Of a DNA stretch of 64,000 nucleotides, positions 52,581-64,000 are shown piece by piece (position 1 is the stretch's first letter; every line of letters begins with the position of its first letter). The DNA is taken from the NCBI GenBank assembly GCA_964304625.1, contig OZ199839.1:965980-1029979 (forward strand), in the 5' to 3' direction. Made by a program: the position numbers and the translations under genes. This DNA comes from Kudoa neothunni (taxonomy: Eukaryota; Animalia; Cnidaria). The notes below the pieces were generated by a model. That model saw only the letters and a list, made by a program, of their open reading frames with translations, searched no databases and had not been told where the DNA came from.

Positions 52581-55500
52581 TCAATGGTGGACAACAGAAT
52601 CCTGCACATGATTATTCCAGATGAGCCTGGAATCGTTCAGAACAGAATTCGTGATGTCCTTCAGTAAGCGACGACAACATTTCTTACCTTTTAGCAAGCA
52701 GAACTTGGTGAGAGTTTCCATGGTCGTCGGGTGATGAGATCCGAGAGCTCCAAAGACCAGAGCACGGCGAAGAACTCCCCAGCGTTTCTCTTCAAGTCTT
52801 CGTCCCTCAACGGCATATTTCTCGCCTTTGTGGTATAGGACTTGATTGAGTCTCTCTACAGAGCTTTCGTAACTGATAGTTACTTCCACAATGTAGATCG
52901 ACAAAATCTTGTAGTTGACCAGCACAATATCGGGACGACGAGAGGAAACACCATCTGGAAGAGGGCGATCTTTGTAGAGTTCCCAATATTGCTTGGCCTG
53001 ATTTTTTTTGGAGTCGAGTTGACGTTGAATTTGTTCGGTGATGAGTTGGACGACATGGTTATGTCGAAGCGTACGTAACGCCTCTCCATGTTTACATCCA
53101 CCTAACACATGCCCGAGAGTTTCTACTCCGCAAGGACAGTGTCGGCAGATAACGTCCGGGGACATCTTCATATTGAAGAGGATTGGTTTTGTGGCGAGTA
53201 CGTTCAAACGTCCCATAATTGCAAACCGGTAGGTGTTAGTCTTCATGTTGCACTTTCTCAACCAATTGTTGCAAAGAGGATCATTGCTAAAACATGATAC
53301 TAGCTTACCTTGTGAAGGTTGCTCAGACCAATGTTCTAGGTGGAGTTGTTGAATGTGTCTTCTCAGGCGACGAATGCGAGATGGTGTGACGATGGATGGT
53401 CGACGATTAGCAGCAGCATTTTGCGGTTTCTTAAGGCTATCATCGTCCAAGTCAAGAATATTTTGAGGTGTAGATTGAGAAGAAGTATTGGTAAAGAGGG
53501 AAAGTTGGATATTCAGAGCCTTACGGTTTAATCGGATGGAGGACAGTAAGGAACGAATGTCGCGAACTTTGCCAATTTCTTTATCCATATGGACATATTC
53601 AAGGACTGATTTGGTTGAATTGGTTCTATTTTTAACAATCATCTCGAGAGAATGATTTGCTACATTTGAAATTTTAGTATCATCTGCATTTAGCATGTTA
53701 AGAGCAACGGCTAGTCGTAGGGCGTGGTAATCTTCTTTCAAATTTCTAAGTCCAAGACCACCAAGCGCCAGTGGGGTGTAGAAAAAGTGTGATGATGTTG
53801 TGTGAGGGATACTAAGCCATTTACGAACAGTATAAATGATATGGCGATCTAGTTTCTTCAATTCCTCAACTCTTAGGCAATGATTGCGAAGAAAGAACTC
53901 CAAGGTAGGTAACAGATAGATTTTAAAGAGTTCTGTCTTCATAAATGGTAGCAATGGAGAATCTGCCAACTTTTGCAAGTTGGTTTCAAACTCCTGGAAT
54001 TCGGGCGGCAAAGTTTTGAATGAGCTTAAATTCATTGATGTGCCGAGGTATTTGTATAGTTTTTCTTCCGTAAGAGTTGGAATTAATTCATTGTTGATTT
54101 TTAGAGGGAAAGCTTGATTGTTAGGAAGTGATTGGTCATTAACTTTTTTGATTTTCTTCACATAATTCAAGACAAGTTGGCTAGATTTGGAACAATTAAA
54201 TGACATGTGAATATTATTGAAATATTCTTGACAATCCGATAAAAGTTTTTGCATGTTTGCTTGGGAATCTGCCACAAGCACCAAATCATCCGCAAAAGCT
54301 TGGATAGAAAATTTAGTGTCGTGGAGAATGTAACCATGAGGTGAGTTGTCGATTAGTTTTAGCAGATTGTCAATTGCCATGTTAAACAAGAGTGGAGAAA
54401 GTGGACAACCCTGACGAACACCTTGTTGATTCATTGGAATCTTGCAAGAGTTGCCAGTGTAATCATAAGCAATATTGTAACTTTCAGCATATAGATTTTT
54501 AATAAATGTTTGTAGGGTGGTTGAAAAATCAAATTGTGACATCACGGAATCAAGTACATAGTGGGGGACGGTGTCAAACGCTTTAGTAAGGTCTAGCCAC
54601 ACAACACATAAATCTTTTTTGTCCCTTCGAGCAGAATCCATAATTTCCTGCAAAGTAAACATGTGTTCACAACAGCCATTGCTTGCAATGAAGCCTTTTT
54701 GAGCAGGTGAGAGTTGTACCATTGGACGAATCTTGGAATTAACACAAGACATGAACAAACGATAAATAGTTTGTGTAATGGAAATAGGACGGTACTCGGA
54801 TGCGTCAAGTTGATTTGGATTCTCTGATTTAGGTATTAAGACGAGTCTACTCTCCAACCATTCAGTTGGAGGTGACGCCGAATTGATGATTTTGTTGAAT
54901 ACTGTCCTCAAGATAAAATCTGATTTTGGTAAGTATTTCCAAAAGCGAACTGGAATTCCATCAGTGCCATTACTGGTATCAACTTTGGCTCTATCAAGAG
55001 CCGCCCTGATTTCTTCTTCAGTGAAATAAAGAATGTTCTCACATGTGTCCCTTTTGGAGTAAGGATTTTCTTCATTTTTATTGTTTTGATCAATTTCTTT
55101 AAATTTTAAAGGTTTAGTTACAAAATCATCCGAAATTGGAGTTGAGATTTGGGAATTTGATGGAATAACTTGAGAAGGTGGAGGAGATTTAGTCAATTGT
55201 TGTTGGAGTTGCTCAGCAGTAGCTTTGCACCAGATTGGCTTGTTCTGAACAATCTCGCGGTAACAGCGTTTGCGATTGGTCCTATACATACCTCTCAATC
55301 GTTTTATCTCATCTTTAGATAATGTTGGAGATGTCTCAGTTGTTGGATTATTATTAGGAAAAGTTGGTGCATTGCTAGAGTTAACAGTTGTTGATTTTTT
55401 CTTTATTATGTTGATTTTGATTTTGTTTAGGAATCGGAACATAATACATTCCCAAATTATTTGCATGAATTTTTGCTTTCGCAATAAATTCTGCATATAA

Positions 55501-58500
55501 AACATCTGAAGGTTGATTATTGAAGGAATTAATGGTTGCTATCAACTCTTCGGACGCATTTCTGAATAATTGGGTACGCTTTTCTTTGCGTCTCTTATTT
55601 CTCACAGCTGGGTCCTCATCAGGCTCTTCTTGGTGTTGTGAAAAAGGTATTGGCTCTGATAAAGGTTGTGAGGGTATTTGATTGCTTTGTAATTGGCTAG
55701 ATGGATTTATTTTAGGGGTTACTTTAGGGTTAAATGGATTGTTGGTAATTGTAGATAATTTCTTAGGAATTTTTAATTTTTGTTTAGATTTAGGTGCTGG
55801 AGTGATACCAACATTCGAAGTAACATTGGAAACAATTGTTGTGCCTATAGATTGGATTTTGTTGTGATTTTTATTGATTCTATTAGCTAAAGCTTGAAGA
55901 TGCGGATCAGGACTATTAACCTGTGGAAAATGCTTTTTTGAAGGCGCAGGTTGTTGTGAAGATTTGTCAGATTCTTCAATAAATTGAAGATTGGCTTGGA
56001 TTTTTGTATTGCCACTACTTTGGATGACAATTGGTTTGTTTATAGAGGGAACTTGTTTAGTAGTGATAGTTAGTGGTTTATTAGCATTTTTATCTCGCAA
56101 TTTTCTGGCATTTGCTTTGTTTTTAGCAATAGTAATTAGTTGATTGACTTCTTGAGAAATCGTAGTAATTTTCGGTTGAATTAATTTTGGAGATTCCTCT
56201 TCTATTATTACAGAATTATCCTCTACAGTGGAGAAGTAAAGGGTATCTTCTTGATTAATTGGAGTAGGAATTGTAGTTGGTGTTGGAGCTTTAGGAGCGT
56301 TATATGTTGGGATATTGGTTGGTGGATCATAGTACACAATAAATGATGAATTGGATGAAATTGATGAATTTAGAATGTTTGGTTCCTTTTCAATTAGTTC
56401 TAATTTGACAGCAGAACAGTCGCCTTCAATTGATGAGTTGGGTGATTTATTTGGTGATTTAACACTTACAATAATAACATCTTCATCATCTTCAATGGAA
56501 TTTTCCAAAATGGCAACGTCTAGATTGTTTTCCTGTGATGACTGATTCATCGTTGAATCGTTCAATAAACTGTAATTATTGCTTAATTCTACTGTATTTT
56601 CATCAGCCATAATTGCCATTAATTCATTTCTATATTGCTCATGTTGATTATCAAATGTTAGAGTTTTTTGCGACCTGTTTGATATTGTCTTATTAGGCGC
56701 TAACATTATGTCTATAATATTTATTTCCTCTGGGTTGGGAACTAATATTTGCTTAAAATTATTATTTTGATTCTCAATTTCATTTTCCCTAACTATCTGT
56801 TCTAGTTTTAGTCGATTTCTTTCAAATTCAGCCCACCATTTAGCTTCCTTAGCATTTTTTAAGCGATAACTGACATTATCGCTATTGCTATTGTTAGCTG
56901 AGTTATTGTTATTATTCATAAAGTTGATTGTCTTGTCAGTGTTTATATTAATGTTAATATTAATATTATTGTTATTATAGTGGTGGTGGTGATTTTGGAC
57001 ATTATGTTGTGTGGTTAAATTGCATGTTGTTTCATTTCTATTAGATACAGATTTGGGATTGAGAATTGGATTATGGATTGGATTGGATTTGGTGCACGTA
57101 GATATAACATTCTTTTTATATAATTCTAGTGCACCAAGGAAACCGTAATTATTATCAATATTATCAATATTATTATTATTATTAATATTAATATTATTAT
57201 TATTATCATTATTATTATTATTATCATTATTATAATAATAATTTTGGTTAATATCATTCTCCGATGGTTGTAGTGTAACTTTAGCTGCGTCGTCATTATT
57301 CGTGTTTACATTGTTGACATTTGTTGTTGATATTGATGCTGATGTTAATGTTGTTGACGTTGTTGTTGATGTGGAATTAATCAAATTAATCAAATTTTGT
57401 TGAGTTGCAGATGAGTTTAAGGTTGCGGTCGTGTTAACATTGACGTTATTGATATGATCAACAGTTTTATTGGTGTTATTATTATCAATGAAATGATTGT
57501 TGTTTAATAGTGATGGAACAGACTTTTCTTCGTGTAATTGTTGTTCCTGCTGTTGATTAGTAATAGAAAAGGAATTAGTAGGAATGGTGTGAAAGAATGG
57601 TTGAGTCACGCAAGGATTAGCGTGTTGATCATTAATAATATCATTATCAATAACGTTCAATGTAGGAATAGAATTGTTGTTATTTTCCGCGTTAATTTTA
57701 ACATCGCAATGCGTTGCAGCTATATTAAAAGTTACTTGTTGTTGACCGGTTGCGTCAACCGAGTCAGTTGATGGATTAGATGGATTAGCATGGTAAAGTG
57801 ATGATTTTGGAGAATGTGAAATTGATGAGTTCGAGTCATTGGAATGGGTAGATTCTGTTGGATATAAATTCAGTGGATCATTTAGCGAAATGATGAGGTT
57901 TTCGCAGTCGAGCAATGGAGAGTCGTTTACCGATTCTTCTTCGTCTATTTCTTCGTAGGCGTCGCATGGTAATTCGTTATCAGCGTAATGGTCGGTGGTG
58001 AATCGATAATTATCATCCGCTAGCTCATTTACAGTAATCTTGTTGGTTTCATTAGTGAGTAAATTAGTGGTGCTTTCTAGTGATGTAGTGTGTGGGTGAT
58101 TTGGAACAATTGTCGATTGGAATATTGTTATATAAATGAGAATCATATTCCGATGGTTGGATGGATATTGCCAAGGTTAGTTGGATAACCAGATTATCGG
58201 GGATTAATCCGATTTCCATAAAAATTTTCATTTTTCTCGTTTAGTTGATCAATGATGGCGTTTTTTAAGAGCATCAATAGAAAGCGAGTAACGTTGCTTT
58301 CGCTCTAGTACTCGTTTTGGGAGTTTTGGATTGCAACGATTTATTACCATCCAAACCAACTTTAAAGATGGCCTGATTTTGACATCTTCTGATGGTTCAA
58401 TCGTGTCAATATTGGGACATGGACAAGCCAAGGTAGGTATGTTTCTATCGTAATACTCATCAATTGCGTGTTGAGCGTTTTCCGAGTGTTTAATTGAGGA

Positions 58501-58809
58501 CAACATTTCCGTAAAGATTGGCATAGAGCATTGAAACAATGAAATGTACTTTCGTACAAAGTCAGCCACACTTTTAGCTATAGGCGGTAGTTTTGCGCAC
58601 GTACCTTTCAATTCTAGATATGAAGAATATAGATGAAAAATCATCGGTGAAAGTTCGTGGTCAAAATTCCTCAGCATCGAGACCTCGCAAACTGATTTTA
58701 AAGGTATCTTCATAATCAGCGCATCGTAATTTTGCGAAATATGCATAAATTTTCCATTTCCGCTCCGAAAAAACGAAAAATTTTCGCCTGGTAGGGGGCT
58801 CGAACCCAT
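52581..58809 (-). CDS. ~2050-2075-aa RT/RLE protein of B1, interrupted by four +1 homopolymer indels
   Basis: YRPISI, WLDLTKAFDTV, GVRQGCPLSPLLFN, FADD, YKYLG, CRHC..GVETLGHVLGGC, RHN, RPDIV..EV..K.EKY. Indels near 58263, 58222, 58095 and 55397 are inferred from comparison with relic E and copy B2. Confidence 0.85.
57140..57245. repeat. (ATT)n-rich low-complexity tract encoding poly-Asn in family B (also ~63590-63695)
   Basis: Imperfect ATT repeats translate as YYYNNDNNNNNDNNNNININNNNNIDN. Confidence 0.85.
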
Positions 58810-58818
58810 GGCCTCAAG
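58785..58818 (-). pseudogene. tRNA 3' half, junction 4
   Basis: Identical 34-mer followed by AAAATTTTTCGTTTTTT. Confidence 0.8.
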
Positions 58819-61800
58819 AACAATACAATATAGATCCGTAGATCAGTAAAATAAGTGTTATAGAATTAAACTAAATTAAGTTTGAAGCGAATCGGATGGA
58901 AATTGATGGAGATATGGACGATTTGGTGATTTTTGGGTTTTCGGAAAACTTCGGTCACTTACGAGTATAGTCGTTGAAAAGGGGACATTGAGTTAGGATG
59001 GTGTGGAAATTTTGGTGGAGATTGGTCAATGGTGGACAACAGAATCCTGCACATGATTATTCCAGATGAGCCTGGAATCGTTCAGAACAGAATTCGTGAT
59101 GTCCTTCAGTAAGCGACGACAACATTTCTTACCTTTTAGCAAGCAGAACTTGGTGAGAGTTTCCATGGTCGTCGGGTGATGAGATCCGAGAGCTCCAAAG
59201 ACCAGAGCACGGCGAAGAACTCCCCAGCGTTTCTCTTCAAGTCTTCGTCCCTCAACGGCATATTTCTCGCCTTTGTGGTATAGGACTTGATTGAGTCTCT
59301 CTACAGAGCTTTCGTAACTGATAGTTACTTCCACAATGTAGATCGACAAAATCTTGTAGTTGACCAGCACAATATCGGGACGACGAGAGGAAACACCATC
59401 TGGAAGAGGGCGATCTTTGTAGAGTTCCCAATATTGCTTGGCCTGATTTTTTTTTGGAGTCGAGTTGACGTTGAATTTGTTCGGTGATGAGTTGGACGAC
59501 ATGGTTATGTCGAAGCGTACGTAACGCCTCTCCATGTTTACATCCACCTAACACATGCCCGAGAGTTTCTACTCCGCAAGGACAGTGTCGGCAGATAACG
59601 TCCGGGGACATCTTCATATTGAAGAGGATTGGTTTTGTGGCGAGTACGGTTCAAACGTCCCCATAATTGCAAACCGGTAGGTGTTAGTCTTCATGTTGCA
59701 CTTTCTCAACCAATTGTTGCAAAGAGGATCATTGCTAAAACATGATACTAGCTTACCTTGTGAAGGTTGCTCAGACCAATGTTCTAGGTGGAGTTGTTGA
59801 ATGTGTCTTCTCAGGCGACGAATGCGAGATGGTGTGACGATGGATGGTCGACGATTAGCAGCAGCATTTTGCGGTTTCTTAAGGCTATCATCGTCCAAGT
59901 CAAGAATATTTTGAGGTGTAGATTGAGAAGAAGTATTGGTAAAGAGGGAAAGTTGGATATTCAGAGCCTTACGGTTTAATCGGATGGAGGACAGTAAGGA
60001 ACGAATGTCGCGAACTTTGCCAATTTCTTTATCCATATGGACATATTCAAGGACTGATTTGGTTGAATTGGTTCTATTTTTAACAATCATCTCGAGAGAA
60101 TGATTTGCTACATTTGAAATTTTAGTATCATCTGCATTTAGCATGTTAAGAGCAACGGCTAGTCGTAGGGCGTGGTAATCTTCTTTCAAATTTCTAAGTC
60201 CAAGACCACCAAGCGCCAGTGGGGTGTAGAAAAAGTGTGATGATGTTGTGTGAGGGATACTAAGCCATTTACGAACAGTATAAATGATATGGCGATCTAG
60301 TTTCTTCAATTCCTCAACTCTTAGGCAATGATTGCGAAGAAAGAACTCCAAGGTAGGTAACAGATAGATTTTAAAAGAGTTCTGTCTTCATAAATGGTAG
60401 CAATGGAGAATCTGCCAACTTTTGCAAGTTGGTTTCAAACTCCTGGAATTCGGGCGGCAAAGTTTTGAATGAGCTTAAATTCATTGATGTGCCGAGGTAT
60501 TTGTATAGTTTTTCTTCCGTAAGAGTTGGAATTAATTCATTGTTGATTTTTAGAGGGAAAGCTTGATTGTTAGGAAGTGATTGGTCATTAACTTTTTTGA
60601 TTTTCTTCACATAATTCAAGACAAGTTGGCTAGATTTGGAACAATTAAATGACATGTGAATATTATTGAAATATTCTTGACAATCCGATAAAAGTTTTTG
60701 CATGTTTGCTTGGGAATCTGCCACAAGCACCAAATCATCCGCAAAAGCTTGGATAGAAAATTTAGTGTCGTGGAGAATGTAACCATGAGGTGAGTTGTCG
60801 ATTAGTTTTAGCAGATTGTCAATTGCCATGTTAAACAAGAGTGGAGAAAGTGGACAACCCTGACGAACACCTTGTTGATTCATTGGAATCTTGCAAGAGT
60901 TGCCAGTGTAATCATAAGCAATATTGTAACTTTCAGCATATAGATTTTTAATAAATGTTTGTAGGGTGGTTGAAAAATCAAATTGTGACATCACGGAATC
61001 AAGTACATAGTGGGGGACGGTGTCAAACGCTTTAGTAAGGTCTAGCCACACAACACATAAATCTTTTTTGTCCCTTCGAGCAGAATCCATAATTTCCTGC
61101 AAAGTAAACATGTGTTCACAACAGCCATTGCTTGCAATGAAGCCTTTTTGAGCAGGTGAGAGTTGTACCATTGGACGAATCTTGGAATTAACACAAGACA
61201 TGAACAAACGATAAATAGTTTGTGTAATGGAAATAGGACGGTACTCGGATGCGTCAAGTTGATTTGGATTCTCTGATTTAGGTATTAAGACGAGTCTACT
61301 CTCCAACCATTCAGTTGGAGGTGACGCCGAATTGATGATTTTGTTGAATACTGTCCTCAAGATAAAATCTGATTTTGGTAAGTATTTCCAAAAGCGAACT
61401 GGAATTCCATCAGTGCCATTACTGGTATCAACTTTGGCTCTATCAAGAGCCGCCCTGATTTCTTCTTCAGTGAAATAAAGAATGTTCTCACATGTGTCCC
61501 TTTTGGAGTAAGGATTTTCTTCATTTTTATTGTTTTGATCAATTTTCTTTAAATTTTAAAGGTTTAGTTACAAAATCATCCGAAATTGGAGTTGAGATTT
61601 GGAATTTGATGGAATAACTTGAGAAGGTGGAGGAGATTTAGTCAATTGTTGTTGGAGTTGCTCAGCAGTAGCTTTGCACCAGATTGGCTTGTTCTGAACA
61701 ATCTCGCGGTAACAGCGTTTGCGATTGGTCCTATACATACCTCTCAATCGTTTTATCTCATCTTTAGATAATGTTGGAGATGTCTCAGTTGTTGGATTAT

Positions 61801-64000
61801 TATTAGGAAAAGTTGGTGCATTGCTAGAGTTAACAGTTGTTGATTTTTCTTTATTATGTTGATTTTGATTTTGTTTAGGAATCGGAACATAATACATTCC
61901 CAAATTATTTGCATGAATTTTTGCTTTCGCAATAAATTCTGCATATAAAACATCTGAAGGTTGATTATTGAAGGAATTAATGGTTGCTATCAACTCTTCG
62001 GACGCATTTCTGAATAATTGGGTACGCTTTTCTTTGCGTCTCTTATTTCTCACAGCTGGGTCCTCATCAGGCTCTTCTTGGTGTTGTGAAAAAGGTATTG
62101 GCTCTGATAAAGGTTGTGAGGGTATTTGATTGCTTTGTAATTGGCTAGATGGATTTATTTTAGGGGTTACTTTAGGGTTAAATGGATTGTTGGTAATTGT
62201 AGATAATTCTAATAGGAATTTTTAATTTTTGTTTAGATTTAGGTGCTGGAGTGATACCAACATTCGAAGTAACATTGGAAACAATTGTTGTGCCTATAGA
62301 TTGGATTTTGTTGTGATTTTTATTGATTCTATTAGCTAAAGCTTGAAGATGCGGATCAGGACTATTAACCTGTGGAAAATGCTTTTTTGAAGGCGCAGGT
62401 TGTTGTGAAGATTTGTCAGATTCTTCAATAAATTGAAGATTGGCTTGGATTTTTGTATTGCCACTACTTTGGATGACAATTGGTTTGTTTATAGAGGGAA
62501 CTTGTTTAGTAGTGATAGTTAGTGGTTTATTAGCATTTTTATCTCGCAATTTTCTGGCATTTGCTTTGTTTTTTAGCAATAGTAATTAGTTGATTGACTT
62601 CTTGAGAAATCGTAGTAATTTTCGGTTGAATTAATTTTGGAGATTCCTCTTCTATTATTACAGAATTATCCTCTACAGTGGAGAAGTAAAGGGTATCTTC
62701 TTGATTAATTGGAGTAGGAATTGTAGTTGGTGTTGGAGCTTTAGGAGCGTTATATGTTGGGATATTGGTTGGTGGATCATAGTACACAATAAATGATGAA
62801 TTGGATGAAATTGATGAATTTAGAATGTTTGGTTCCTTTTCAATTAGTTCTAATTTGACAGCAGAACAGTCGCCTTCAATTGATGAGTTGGGTGATTTAT
62901 TTGGTGATTTAACACTTACAATAATAACATCTTCATCATCTTCAATGGAATTTTCCAAAATGGCAACGTCTAGATTGTTTTCCTGTGATGACTGATTCAT
63001 CGTTGAATCGTTCAATAAACTGTAATTATTGCTTAATTCTACTGTATTTTCATCAGCCATAATTGCCATTAATTCATTTCTATATTGCTCATGTTGATTA
63101 TCAAATGTTAGAGTTTTTTGCGACCTGTTTGATATTGTCTTATTAGGCGCTAACATTATGTCTATAATATTTATTTCCTCTGGGTTGGGAACTAATATTT
63201 GCTTAAAATTATTATTTTGATTCTCAATTTCATTTTCCCTAACTATCTGTTCTAGTTTTAGTCGATTTCTTTCAAATTCAGCCCACCATTTAGCTTCCTT
63301 AGCATTTTTTTAAGCGATAACTGACATTATCGCTATTGCTATTGTTAGCTGAGTTATTGTTATTATTCATAAAGTTGATTGTCTTGTCAGTGTTTATATT
63401 AATGTTAATATTAATATTATTGTTATTATAGTGGTGGTGGTGATTTTGGACATTATGTTGTGTGGTTAAATTGCATGTTGTTTCATTTCTATTAGATACA
63501 GATTTGGGATTGAGAATTGGATTATGGATTGGATTGGATTTGGTGCACGTAGATATAACATTCTTTTTATATAATTCTAGTGCACCAAGGAAACCGTAAT
63601 TATTATCAATATTATCAATATTATTATTATTATTAATATTAATATTATTATTATTATCATTATTATTATTATTATCATTATTATAATAATAATTTTGGTT
63701 AATATCATTCTCCGATGGTTGTAGTGTAACTTTAGCTGCGTCGTCATTATTCGTGTTTACATTGTTGACATTTGTTGTTGATATTGATGCTGATGTTAAT
63801 GTTGTTGACGTTGTTGTTGATGTGGAATTAATCAAATTAATCAAATTTTGTTGAGTTGCAGATGAGTTTAAGGTTGCGGTCGTGTTAACATTGACGTTAT
63901 TGATATGATCAACAGTTTTATTGGTGTTATTATTATCAATGAAATGATTGTTGTTTAATAGTGATGGAACAGACTTTTCTTCGTGTAATTGTTGTTCCTG
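58819..64000 (-). mobile_element. Family B copy B2 (5' end lies beyond the window)
   Basis: Matches B1 apart from short indels, mostly in homopolymers, that fragment the ORF. Confidence 0.92.

Larger units (their letters stand above)
52375..58818 (-). mobile_element. Non-LTR retrotransposon family B, copy B1 (6444 bp)
   Basis: Bounded by the same junction blocks; RT-CCHC-RLE coding; 206-nt 3' UTR with no poly(A). Confidence 0.93.

Noticed and set aside
40758-58818. 34-bp identical repeats as a CRISPR array or LTRs
   Set aside because: The spacing is 5.8-6.4 kb of RT/RLE coding sequence. There are no cas, integrase, protease or gag genes, and the repeat parses as a tRNA 3' half.
40928-61360. 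Bacterial retron, DGR, group II intron or telomerase
   Set aside because: RT followed by CCHC, RHN and PD..D/E..K is diagnostic of R2-group non-LTR elements. The context is intron-containing eukaryotic DNA, and I saw no telomeric repeats.
40932-62995. Short + strand ORFs inside the retrotransposons as antisense genes
   Set aside because: They are 60-130 aa shadows of the minus-strand ORF, repeated only because the elements are duplicated, with no motifs and not shared between A and B.
49528-63320. Programmed frameshifting or two-ORF structure in A2, B1 and B2
   Set aside because: Breaks are short indels, mostly +1 in homopolymers, that differ between sister copies (A1 is intact; B2 is open where B1 breaks near 55397). 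This pattern suggests long-read error or decay.

Overview
AT-rich eukaryotic DNA with very short GT-AG introns (about 40-60 nt), probably from a compact animal or parasite genome. The left third holds three host genes: a beta-1,4-galactosyltransferase-like gene, a coiled-coil type I membrane protein, and a large Cys-rich surface protein built from a 5-module unit repeated three times. These sit among Helitron, hAT, MULE, piggyBac and Tc1-like debris. From about 31.8 kb to the window end is a head-to-tail minus-strand array of R2-group (NeSL/Utopia-like) non-LTR retrotransposons encoding RT, a CCHC knuckle and a PD-(D/E)xK endonuclease. It contains two near-identical copies of family A (5.79 kb), two of a divergent family B (6.44 kb, the second cut by the window edge) and progressively older B-like relics. 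Every intact junction is the same ~49-bp block: the 3' half of a tRNA gene (Lys-like, positions ~40-73) plus oligo-T Pol III terminators. This points to a site-specific, tRNA-targeting retrotransposon system that regenerates its target on insertion and builds a polarised array. The family A ORF starts at an ATG inside the tRNA T-stem.
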